From Paecilomyces variotii (lineage: Eukaryota): a stretch of DNA of 64,000 bases. Location of the stretch: NCBI GenBank assembly GCA_004022145.1, contig RCNU01000006.1; one strand, written 5' to 3'. The notes below the pieces were generated by a model. That model was not told the origin of the DNA. It ran no database searches and saw only the letters and a program-made list of their open reading frames with translations. Shown here one piece after another: positions 1 through 12,600 of this stretch (positions are counted from its first letter, which is position 1; every line of letters starts with the position of its first letter). The translations under genes were made by a program, and so were the position numbers.

Positions 1-1150
1 ACTCAATCCAATCCAATCCAATCTAACTTAAACCCTTACTCTAAGTACCATACATACCTAACCGCCAAGACTTTCTTTCTTCCTTTTATCCTTTTTACGC
101 GACGCAGCGATAATCGCCCGTTTCTTTCTTATTTTCTTTTTTTTTTCGAATCTAACTTCCTTCATCTATCAACTAAACACCCCTTGCAGACGTCAATTAC
201 CTGACTATGTATGCGTACGTATGTACCTGCCAGCCACCAGCTAGTTTAGTTATTATATAACTGGTAACTGGTAGTCTACTGTCGGTATACATATAGGTTA
301 GTTAGGTAAGTAGCTTCATCCCTTGCTTCCCCCGTTACTTATTCCGCGTCCCGTCCCGCGGGCGAGCGTTTTTTTTTTTTTTTTTTGGTTTGAAGTGAAA
401 ATAAAATTAACAGTAGATAGATAGATAGATAGATAGATAGAATACTAACTAACTAACTAACAGAAAGAAAGAAATCAAAAGAAAAGATACTTTCTTCTCT
501 CTCCCTATTCTATTCTCCTTCTCTTTTGTCCAGTTGCAGATATTCTGTTATGTTATGTTATGTCCTGTTCTGTTCTGTCTGGTAACTACTAATCCATTAA
601 TTAGTTTTAGTTAGTTAGTTAATTAGTTAGTTAGTTAATTACTCTTTCTCCATCGTCCCTCGAGCTTGTGCTTGAGCTTGAGAGCTCGATCTTGACCGTC
701 TAAACGCACGCGTGGAGAGAGAGATATCTAGTGTCATAGCATAATAACTATGACATGCCAGAAGAGTTTGACGTACCGGAATAATCAAAATCGGACTTGA
801 AGAGATTATACTCTCCATATAATAGGATATTTACTTTATCCTGTCTTTCTTCCTATCTTTTTTTTGCTTTTTACTCGTGAAGTATGATACACCACTTCCC
901 TTCCCTTCCCTTCCCTTCCCTTTTCTTCCCTTCCCGTGGCTGGCTGGCTGGCTGGGTTACAGTGGCGGCTCCTCTAACTAGTTGCAGATGTTAGTTATGT
1001 TATGTTATCCCCTCACTCTCTCTCTGCCGCGTGACATTCCAGGGTCCTGAGGGGAAGGGAAGGAAGGACGCAGAGACGCACATGCAATGTATGTATGTAT
1101 GTATCTAGTAATTCCGTAACCTATATACTGTATGTAGTACACAGTTGGGT
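1..1150. repeat. Microsatellite/low-complexity-dense intergenic tract downstream of flbC
   Basis: (CAATC)n at ~4-23, poly-T at ~368-386, (TAGA)n at ~413-440, (TTAG)n at ~601-636, (CCCTT)n at ~896-934, (ATGT)n at ~1087-1103; no credible ORF. Confidence 0.85.
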
Positions 1151-2375
1151 TGTTTGTCGCAGTATGCATGTATTACCATATGTATAATGTGATGTATTAT
1201 CTATGTACATGTACAGTCATGTCGAATCAAGCAAGTATCGCGGCCTCGAGCTCAAGTTCGAGTCATGGGACTTGCCAGGGCGTTGGCACTAGCAAACTTG
1301 GACCCCCCCGACATGGGCTAAATCGAGTCGAGTGCAGAATTAGAGCTGCTTTCAGTGTACGCCGTGGCAGCATCGTCTATATTTCCTCGTCCATATTTAC
1401 TCGTAGGAATAAACCAAGATGAACACATTTCTGCTCTGCATTAGACAATAATTTGAAGCGACTGTGGTTGCGCAGACGTATACACAGCGATCGTAATCAG
1501 TCCCATCATCCCCGATAGCGCCAAATCGAATGTGACTGTAATGAAATCTGCGCACATGTGCCCGGTCCCCATGTTGAAGTTTGTCGGAACCAAACGCCAA
1601 AGAAAAAGAAGAAAAAAAGCAATAGAAAACGCGTGTTGCTGGGGGAATTAGAAACAGAAAACCTCGTGGGTTCCGGGCAAACGGCGCGAGAGCCATGAAT
1701 GACCGAGGGTGGGCGATCGCGAGAAATCCAGCGTGAAAGCCACTGCAGTCAAGAATCCATACGTCAACAAGCTGATAAATCATCCCCTGCTATCCGAAAG
1801 CCTCAACAACGGTAAGACGGGTGCGGGACACAGCTCAACCAGCAGACGCGACATCCAACGAAAATGAATCCCCGGTCTAGCGAGGGAATAAGAAAGTAAG
1901 GCCAAGATCATGCGCGAGAAGAAACAAACTCCGTCGGAGAACAAAAACAAACGACGCCTCTATGGTCATAACCTGCGCAAAGGCACAAAAACAAGTCGCC
2001 GGATCGAGAACCCCCTTTTGGTCCTGTGCCGTCTCCTAACCATCATCAATAATGCGGCGGGGTATCAATCCTCCCTGGGTCCAGTCTCTGACCGAACCAT
2101 GCAGGGAATGAGTAGAATGAGATATAAGGAAAAAAAAAGAAGTTCAGCGAACAAAAGAAAAGAAAAGAAAAACCGGGAAACTGTTGTACAGGATGCGTAA
2201 CCAAAACATCAAATCAGAACCGAACCAGCTGTAGGCGGGATATCATGATGCGCACGAATCAGCCATAAATGACGCCGGGAGGTCGCTCAATATAAGTCGC
2301 GGATGACGAAGGATATATCGGTGCTCGAGATTGGATCGTAAAATAGGAAGATTGGTCGATGCAGAAGCGTTTGGT

Positions 2376-3623
2376 TCACTCCTCTTCCTCGCCAGAAGCC
2401 GTCTCTTTCTCGCCCTTGTGGACCTTCTTGTGTCGACGCAAGTTCGACACGACCGAAAAGTGCCTTCCACAGCCTTCAACGTCGCAGGCGTAAGCTGGAA
2501 AATACGGAATTAGCATGCAGCAAAATACAACAGCCGCGTCAGAATAAAACTTACGCTTCTCTCCCGTGTGAGAGTACATGTGGGTCTGAAGCGAGGAGGG
2601 ACGCGTAAAGCGCTTGTCGCAGACCTTGCACTTGTGCTTCTTCTGGGTGTTCGAAGGCATCTTCGAACTGAACTGGCTCATCATGGACTGAGGGCCGGGA
2701 GGCGCACTTCCAGTCAGGAGGCCGGACGGACGGGGCAGGGTCCGCGAAGGGAGGTTGTCAAAGGATTCTGAAGTGGTGGAGCTATAGTCGGTGACAGAAG
2801 AGTCCACGGAGGCAACTGACGCACTGTAATATGGATAATTCCCGGCCGACGAAATCGACGAGGCTGAGGAATGCGTGGAAGGAAATCCGTACGAATCCGC
2901 GGATCCTCGCGAACTCCGCGGGCCATAGATGTTCCTAGGAGTCAAATCCTGGCTCAAAGCCACCATCCCTCGACTGGCATCCAAAGCATCTCCAAAAGAT
3001 GCTGCCGTTGGCGTCTGCGAGTGGGCGACAGAAGCGTCGTTTCTGGTCAAAACAAGTCAGCCAAATGCATTTTCTTCAAAGCTGCCCTCAAGAAGCATCC
3101 AACGCGCTCAAGGGAGTAAATAATCAGGGAAGAAAGGGGTTACTCACGCATGAGAGATTCTGCGCGCATCCTGCTGTTGCTGTTGCTGCTGCTGGTGCAG
3201 AGTCTGTCCATAGTTCATAGGGGCGTAGTTGGCTGGCGTAAAGGCGGTGGTGTATGTTGGGGCCTGTTCGAAAGTCGTCCGGGGCATCTCATGCTGCATT
3301 CCCAGCATCTGAGAGCTGCCATAACCGGCCGCATTGTGGTAGGTGGTCCCGGCCACCAGCGACGGAGCTGACACGGGGATGCTCGAATACGGCATCGAAA
3401 TGGCGGTTGGTCTGGTCACATCCTCCTGCTTGACGTGGTTCATACCCAGGTGGTTGGCCCCCATGGACGTCGCATACATGGATGGGTTCGGGTGCGAGGA
3501 GGTATGGGTAGCGGACCACGGATCCGAGAACTGTGGATTGCTGTGCTGCATATTGCCGTGGTAGACGTTGTCAAAGCCCATCCCGCCATACTGGCGGTTC
3601 TGGTTCTCAATGACCATCGTCAT
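2376..3623 (-). CDS. flbC: C2H2 zinc-finger transcription factor FlbC/FLE1 (conidiation regulator), ~360 aa; exons 3623-3148, 3042-2555, 2494-2376
   Basis: Starts MTMVIENQNRQYGGMGF. Two C-terminal fingers [53 protein letters not shown]. Both introns have GT(G/A)AG donors, CTGAC/CTAAT branch sites and CAG acceptors, and the spliced length of 1083 nt is in frame. Confidence 0.92.
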
Positions 3624-6600
3624 GGAGAATAGTGATGCGCCTGGTGATTCCCGCGCGGATATACAGTGAAGGAGGGAGACAAGTTTCAGGAGGGAGCGTC
3701 CGTTCGAGTCGAGCACCAGCAGAGAGAGATAGATGATCAAAGAAACCTGAGACAGGCACGCGAGAGAAACAGAGATAGACACGAGAGACGACGTCTTTGG
3801 GTGAGGTTAACTTGATAATTGGTGGAGCACAGAGACGAGCAACAGGGAGGGTTGATCAATTGATCTCCGGGCGAGGAGCAGAAGTGTCTTCGAGGTACAA
3901 TACAATAGCGGACGTAGTGTTCGGTGGAAGGTTCAGAACCCTGCGGGAGGAAGAGAAGATGCGACTGTCTGGGGAAGGGGATCGGCGTAGCTTATGAAAA
4001 GAAAAAAAAAAGTACGGGATCTCTCAAGCCAGCGGCCGAGCAGGGACAAAAGGAAGCCCTGGCGTTGCCCTGTTGGAGATGGCCTGTGCCACTGACGACG
4101 TTCCGTCGGGGAAGGCTGCAGATCGTTACTTGGGGGGCCCGCTCAGGGTTCCAAACGGCGCCAGAGAGTCAGAACGAGGGTGGATGCGAACTTGTTAGTT
4201 AGTTCGTTCGATAGGCTTTTAGCTTGGAGCTTTTTAGAGTCGAAGTAGGCCCCGTCCCAGGGTCCATGAGGATAGTTCAGTAGTCGCCCGAGTCAAGAAC
4301 CGTTCTGGTGGATATTAATTATTATTATTATTGCCAGAGAGAACGTCTCTGAAAGGGAGGAGAGAGAGTAGGATAGGATAGGATAGGAGAGGAGAGGAGA
4401 AGAGAAGAGAGGTACAGTACTGTACTTGGGGGAATGGGATCGAATAGGGATAGATTGAGATAGGGTCACAGGACCTGGAAAATCACTGCACAAAGATATC
4501 ACAATGGAATAGGAGACAAAGACAGTCGTGTCTCTTTTTCTTTCTTTCTTTCTTTCTTTTGTTTTTTTCTTTCTTGGGTCGTTTTCTTTCTCTTCACACT
4601 TTTCTTTACTGAATTTTATTTTTATTTTTATTTTTTTCTCTCTCCTCGAAGAACTTCTAATTGCTAGCTAGGTACAAGTGATGGCATTATTTATTTTGGC
4701 CTATTCTCGTATAGACGATACCCTCCTTTTGCTCTACTCCAATAAATCATCATCATAATAATAAGAATAACTGGCTCCCACTGGCTGTCATCCCGGCCAA
4801 AAAAGCCACTGCCCGAAAGGAGGCACCTCCTGCGGTATGCACCGGCCGCGCGGTCTCTGCACGCACAATACGATGACACGGGAAGGAAAAGGGGGGGGGG
4901 GGAGGGGGATCCAGTCGGAAGGGGGGGCGGTCAAAGGCAGGTGGGGGATGGCAGGGGAATCGTTGAAGGGGGCGAACTCGACGAAAAAAGAGCGTGCGCG
5001 CAACAGAAGAGACAGAGAAAGACAGAAAGAGGAGCAACAAGGTTGCCACGAGCGTTGACCTTGGGATGTTTCAGGGTAGCGGGGAACCGCCATCGATTGC
5101 TCTTCCGTGGGGAGACGCCCGCTAGTGACTTTAGTGGAAGTGCCGAAAGAGAGAGAGAGAGAGAGAGAGAGTTGTTGTTATTGTTGCGGCTGCTCCACCA
5201 GCGGCAGACCTGCTTGTCCCGGCATTCGATTTGAGCGCAGAGTTAGTTGGTTGGTTGGCTTGACACTGGATCCGATCGTAGACGGCAGGGAAGAATGCCA
5301 TCTGGCTAGAAACAGGAACAGGAACAGAGACAAGAGAACAACAACAAAATAACAGCAGCAATAATAGTAATAGTAATAGCAATGGCAATACCATAGCAGT
5401 AGCAGTAGCAACAGAAATAACAACAGAAATAACAACAAATTGCGCGATGATGACAATGGATGCCATCCCAGCAAGACCGATCGTTGGTTTCACTGGCTGC
5501 TCCGGAATGGGGATGGGGGATGTGCGCTCTAATCGCGTGCTGGTGGATTCACCGTAGTGGCCTGCATCGCAGGGAGGCTAATTGAGAACTATACTACAGT
5601 ATGTGTACTCGATTTTCGACCACACAGAATCACTGAGATACCATACATGATTTACGATGCAGGACCAACTCCGGGGTGCTGGAATGGATGCTGGCGTAAA
5701 TGATGACGGAAGGGGGCGTCCGCCAACACGGCATGAGGCATGAAAAGCATCAAAGCATGGAAAAGCATGAAAAAGCAAAATAAACGGATGACGACCTGCC
5801 CAGCAACTCGGATAAGATGACAGTAGTCAAGTCAAGTCAAGTCAAGTCAAGTCAACGTCAACTCTCTCTCTCTCCAACGTCCCAAAACATGCCAGTGGAA
5901 CGCTTAGCTGCATCCTTCTTCTTCTTCTCCTTCTCCTCTTCCCGTCTTTCTCTGTCGGGGTGGTCGATGCGTTGTCTCTTCTCGTCTGCCCGGTATTACC
6001 TCATTCAACCCTCGCCGCTCGGGTATGCTTCTCTTCCTAGAACATCCGCAGTAGTACGTACGCCCGTCAATAATAATAATAATAATAGTAGTAGTAAAAT
6101 AAAATCGGGTTTGAAATTATCTGATGCCGGGCCACCACCAGACTAAAAAAACTGCCATGTGGGCTGAAGAGCTTCCCACTGCACCAAACTCGAACCAACT
6201 TCCCCAGTGTGATGACGGGCCTTGGCAAATAATAATAATAATGCCGGGGAGGCTGCTTTTACCCGGGGCCTGTTCCCGCCCGAGCGACACTCCCCGACCA
6301 AAGAACCGCGCCCAGGATCTGCGCCAGACAAGGGTTATGCTAGATAGTCTATAGCAGTTCTTTAAAAGTTCTCTGTTATGATTATTATTGTCCGCTTGCC
6401 AGAGGCAGTTAATACTCGCAAGAGATGAAAGGAGCGAACGATGACGGAATGCAGCCCAACACCCGAGGATACTCTCTCTCTCTCTCTAGGTACTCGATCA
6501 TCCGATGGTACTACTTGATTACTCTAGATACGACTGACGACTCCGGTCTCGCAGTGGATCCGCCTTCTATTGAGTGTTTTCTGTCCTGTTGCTTGCTTCT

Positions 6601-9600
6601 GGAGGTACGTACTACATACTACACTAGGATACTAGGAACCAACGGTTGCGCTCGCCCCATCGCGCGTTCTTTGGCGACCACGGACCATGAGAAATCCATC
6701 TGCTTTTCGACTAGCCCTGAGTATCTCCCGCACAATCCCGGCAGCGCAATGGGGGACTTGGTCGCTTTGGACTGCAAGCCGACGTCAGAGTGGACAGCGT
6801 CAAAGGAGTCAAAAGCCAGCCACCAGAAAGCCACCCAGCGTTAGCGGATGCCAGGGGGGGCAACTATATGGCCAGGACTCCGCAAGCTTATTACTACAAT
6901 TCTATTGCTCTTGTTCTTGTGTCTTCCTGCCTCGTGACACACCCAGCAGCAGCAGCAGCAGCAGCAGCTCCTCACAGCCGAACAGAAGGAATTGCCGGTC
7001 GTCGAACCGATTGTCGACTCGTCGACCTAGTATCTACCACTGCGGCGACCATCATCAAAATCAAGAAAAAGAAATCAAGAAAGAAAAGATATCCAATGTT
7101 GTTTGACCAACGCGGTTCTTGCGCTGCCTAGTGTAGTGTCGACGGGTTTGGGCCTGTCATAATAGTCTTCCAGCCTGGCGCTCCTTTAAGGTCCGCCACC
7201 ATGCGGCCCATAGTCAGCCAGGTATGACACTGCTTCCCAGGCACATGGACAGAACATAATTACACTCCATTCCAATAATATGCAACATCGCCTTGCATTG
7301 CACGGAGTACTTCGGTGACAACAGAAGCACGACCAATGCCGTGTGGCGGTCGCATCGGAGATCAGTCAGATGGAATCTTGCCCCATCTGCTGTCCCAGTA
7401 AAAAAGGAAAAATAGAAAACAGAAAACAACATCTACCATACTACTACAACTGCTGTGGATATTATTATTATTCTTGACTTGGTTGTTACTACTACGGAAC
7501 AGTATTTGACTCTACTGTGCAAGGTACCCGAGTGGGGGATCTCAAGAAACTCGGACCCCAATGATGGCAAAAGCGGCCACCCGTCGTCCTTGAAGGCCCA
7601 GCGCTTCAGGCGGCTGGCAGGGGAAGACAACATTACTGAGCTGACATGCATTAATAATAATAATAATGATGGCAAATTTCCAAAGGACTCTGGCCTGCTT
7701 GTTGTTATAGGCGAAGGGTTCCTGAAAAGATGTCAACCCGACAAGCTTCCTGGTGGGCCACAACAAGCAGAAAAGAAGCTCCTGCACTAAACAGATCACA
7801 ACCCGCTAAGAGGGGCGACCAGGATGGAGCATTGAGCAATGAGCAATGAGCAATGTGCGAGTGGAGGCGGTTCAACTTGGGATATGTAGACTTGGTAGTA
7901 GTCTACATATGAATTTATCTCCTATCGGTCGGTGGCTGCGGCATCGTCACAGGCCCTAAATTAAAATCTGACCCGACGCAGTGTGTCACTGGAGAGCACG
8001 TAATGCCTAAACGAGAAGGTCCTTGGGTCGACCTCCGGTTTGGGAACAGTGAGGGGGGGGGAATCCAGCGGTTGGTGGATATTGAAGTTCTGGTAAAAGA
8101 ACGAGGCGGGCTGGGAGAGTGAAGATTAAGTGGTTGTCAGAGTCTACCATACTCGATTTGTTCCCTCAACTTCTGTTTAGCGGGGAGCCTCGCTCGTTTG
8201 GGTATAGGAAGCTTACGCAGCGCCAAGGCCCCAAAAGCTTTGAGGGATTCATTTGATTCATTTTGAAGGCACAGAGAGTCACTTAAACAGTTAAACTCCC
8301 ATTCCCGCCTCCCCGCCCTGGCGTTCCCTCGGCTTGGAGTACCGTTGACTTGCTACTACTGCTGACACTCTCCCGCAGCCAGGCATGGTCTCTTCCCCCT
8401 GCAATCATAATAATCATCACGGAGACCGCTCAGACCTGGAATATCTAGGTACTAGATACTGATCTTGTCGCGATTGGGTGTGACAATAATTCTGTCGGAG
8501 GCGTCAGACCATTCACGCTCTCTGCAGCTGTGGTTGGAATGTGAGCTGGGAACACGATGCATCAGCCAGAAGGAATCGCTCCGCTTGGCTTGGCAGAAGG
8601 CAGGAAATCAGCCAGGGCGCACAGGTTAGTTATCTAGCCCAAAGTTCGGACCAAACCAAACTGTGGCGGTTAACTACCGTCGAGCAATAATACATAATAA
8701 TAATAATAATTATAAGGCACTCCTCTCATGTGGACTAAATCACAACACCGGAGGAACGTCGCTGGCGGTCCGTGAGCTGGATGCGATGCAGTGACGGCTG
8801 GTTTGGCTCATACTCCCCCCACATGTCTTATCTACCCCAAGTTATTCGATCTCACTCAGGACAGATTGTGTCATGGTAGGAAAGAAACATACGAGTACTA
8901 AACACACAGATGTATACTCGAGGATGTACAGTACTGTAGTACTAAATATCCACCACGGTTATCATGACGGTCGATCACCGCGTGAGTTCGATGGGGGGAA
9001 CTGCTATTTACCCGTTGCACTGGGACAGGATGGAGATTTGAGTTGCGTCTTGACCAGATCCTCTGCTCCGGTTGACCCAGTTATCAGTTGCGCTATTGTT
9101 CCACAGACCATATGGCACATATAACAATTCTCCGCGGCGCGACACTACCATAGACTATGAATCGCAGGGCTGGGGTGTGATGAAGATGGCTTGACTCGTT
9201 GGCAGCTGTGAATGGTGACTGTTCGGAAAGCCCCACACGAACGTGTTATTACAGATGGCAGAAGATCGAGAGACTGCTCGATATCCCAACTGTAGTAGAT
9301 ACGGAGCAGATAGAGGTCATATCGGAGTAGCCGCCATTATGGTATCTACTCTGCTTCGACTGAACCTCCATGTGGCGACCTCAAGGAAAACAAGCGAAAA
9401 AAAGAAAAAAGAAAAAAAAAGCTCTCAACTCGTGTCTGACGATGATTGCACAACATAATTAGAGTTCAGACGCTGTAGCTTTATCCTCACCGCATTTCTT
9501 CTTGACGGCCAGTAGTGGCCCTAAAAACCGCCTCTGGGCAAGATCTAGTTAACTATGGTACCTAGGTAGTTATATCGACCAATAACCAACCACGATCGAA

Positions 9601-12600
9601 GACCTCGAGATTTGAGCCTCCGGGATAAACTAACTAGTTCGTCGCACAAACCCCCCTTTCTGGAAGGAAATCTTTTTTTTTTCTTTTGGGGTGGTGATTT
9701 CCGAGTGGATAAAGACACGGCACGATGCCCCGGGTCTTATCCTGCACGGGCGATCCGTTGATGGCCGATTTGGGGAACAGCAGGAGACTGATGCTTGACT
9801 GGATCGGTCATATCGGTCACCGGCGGGCGCTCTCTCGTCCTAAGCGCAATCGCGGGTTTTCCCAGATTGAGGATGAGGCAGTGCAGCGACAGCAGCCCCC
9901 CCCCCCCTGTTCCGAAATTGTAATTGCGACAGGTTCCTCTCTCCTCTTTGGCCGATTTCGCATGCATTAGTTATTGACTCCTTCAGCATGTTAGTTATCT
10001 ATTATTATGATTGCGTAGGTATTGCGTCCTTCTCCTTTTCTAGACGCAGTCAAATATATACATAGTTACTGGTACTCCGTGTTTGGATCTTCTTATCGGA
10101 GACTTTGACGAGCGTATCATAAGCAGTCGCATGGCATAGTATGGCATGGCATGGATGATCGATTATGGTTTCTAGATAACCGCGTGCAAATTATTATTAC
10201 CGGTCGGATCGGATCTGCTTGGAGTCTTGGACGTTCCTGATGGTGCCAAGTGTACGGACTCCGGAGTATTCTTACTGGTTTGGCGACTTCGGTTAATTAA
10301 ATTCTGTAGTGAGTTGTGTGACTTCTGGGTCTGAATGAGGTTGGTATATGTATATATACTATATTTTATCTTATAATTCTTCATTGGGACGGTTCTATTA
10401 TTATTATTATTGTCGTTATTATTGTTGTTATAATCGCTCTAAGTATGGAGTAGTTACAATATTGCCGCTGACTAAACCTATCGTGAGACCTTTTCCGGGT
10501 AAAAGAAGATGTTGAAGTCAAATGTCGGATAACAGAGTAGATACTCTACTAAAGAAGTCTGATTTATCCTTTACATATCTTCATCTGCTTCGAACGATCC
10601 GGACGTTGTACTCTGTTGAGTTAGTTAGTTACTGCCCTCCGGCAAATAAATAATAATATTAAATCTGCACGAGGCAGATCCTCCTTCGGCAGATCGTCAG
10701 CAGACACTTTAGCTTGTTTAAAGCTTGACGAAAGACACGTTGTTGCCGGTCGATCGAATCAGGAACTCGACCGGGTAAAGACTAACCTATCATTGCTTTG
10801 CTAAACTGAGGATCGATCCACATCCGGTAACTTAAGCTTTCGAACGAACAGCTGTGGTCGCGCTAACTGCATTCCGAATAGTCGATGCAATCCCGGTCGA
10901 TCGTGGATCTTCGGGGGGTTGCCCAGAATGATGACCAGGTTTAGATATGGTAGATAGATAGATAGATAGATACCTTATCATATCGAATATCAATGTGTGA
11001 CACAAGTTGACTCTGATCATGCTGTAGAGTAACCGTAACCGTAACCAACTGAGTCTTCGAGTAAGGCACTAGCAGTAACTACATAGGTAGACTTCCTCTC
11101 TCTCAGTCTCTCTCTTCTTTCTCCCGTCCGTGCATCTTCCTAGATCCCGTGTGGCCAGCAATAATTAATAGCAATTAATCTCAACAACCTCGACTGACAC
11201 CAAAAAGAGGACCGCATCCGAATACGGTCAACCCACAGACACGCTCTATACCAAATGCGGCAGACGCAGGACGGCTGATTCGTCGAGCGCGGAACCTGCC
11301 AAGCAAGTGGATTTCCCCCCGTGGACGAACCAGAGAACAGCCCCGACCGGAGCTGACGCGTGTCACCGCCCAAAAGCTCTCTCCTCTTTCTTCCCCCCCT
11401 TGAGCGAATAATTTGCACCCACCGGCAACTCCAGGCGTCGGGCACCTTCTCCTTCTCCCAATAATGGACCCCGCAAGCACACCATTCTCGCTGAAAAAAA
11501 GGGACTAAACCCAACTCAACTCAGTCTCCAAGTCTCCACCCGCTGTTCAGGGTCCCGACGAGTCGATTTCTGAAACGCCCGGCGTTGGTGCTGGTGCCCG
11601 CTCTATCGTCTCCAGATCGGGAATCAGACACGGGTCGGATAGAAGAGTGAGTTAGTTAGTTAGTTAGTTAGGTAGTTTTATTCTTTACATCCTAAGCCAA
11701 TTTTACTTTTTGAGTCTTTAACTGACTGATTTACTGACTACTAGATATGGTAGATGCTATCTACTATTTCCCCTTTTTTTTCTCTTTCTCTTTAGACCGC
11801 ACGCTCCACTCACACGAAGCAGTCGCAGGAATAAGCTTCAAACGCGTGGTTCGAGAAAATGATAATAATAACAAAACGCATAATATAATAATAAAACAAT
11901 AATAACTAACACTATTATTGCTATTATCAAGAACGAACTACGGAGTAGACTACTAGTAGAATACCATATTCCCTGGGCAATTCAAGCTCACTATCTATGG
12001 TATCGTAATCTTAAGTTCCTGCACTACCGAAAGCCGCATGGGGCGCGCGGATCCCGCTGGCTGCCCAAGTGAGCCACTAAGCGGTCGAATTCTGACTCTG
12101 GTCGCTGGTAAACTCCAATGGAGATGCGGAGGAGAGGGCTTGGCATGATGTCAGAGGCGGTCGTCGTGGTATGCTGGAGAGAGGAGAGTATGCGATGGAT
12201 GATTTACTTGCTTCTGTTTTGATATGATGGGAGTGTAAACTGAGGGGAGGTATTCTGTAGTTAGACTGTATAATTCTAGTTTTATAATACTGGGGTACTT
12301 ATGGTACAGCTATCGTTTAAACAGACACCAGTATACATACATTTTATAAAGGCGAACTGCGAACTTGTAACTAATACTGAATAAAATACATCGAGGACCT
12401 TGGGGAACGCCATCGGGATCCATTAATTGATTACGGAGTACAATATACATAACTAGTTAACTACTTCCCCTACCGCCGGATTATTATTACGAAGTAGGTC
12501 GGGTAACTTGCTGCTGTTTCCCAGTATTATTATTGACAGTTATTCCAGTGGTCTAAAACTAATTAATAATGCTAGTCGCATATCTTGGGTTATCGCAATT

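Noticed and set aside
4700-7800. Numerous 60-140 aa ORFs upstream of flbC
   Set aside because: They translate microsatellites (poly-L, -Y, -N, -S, ER repeats) and show no domain or splice support.
7970-8048. tRNA-Val-like wording (…CGAGAAGGTCC…GGGTCGA…CCGG…GGGAACA)
   Set aside because: No GTTCRA T-loop and no pairing acceptor stem. At most a chance or highly decayed resemblance; tRNAscan-SE would settle it.
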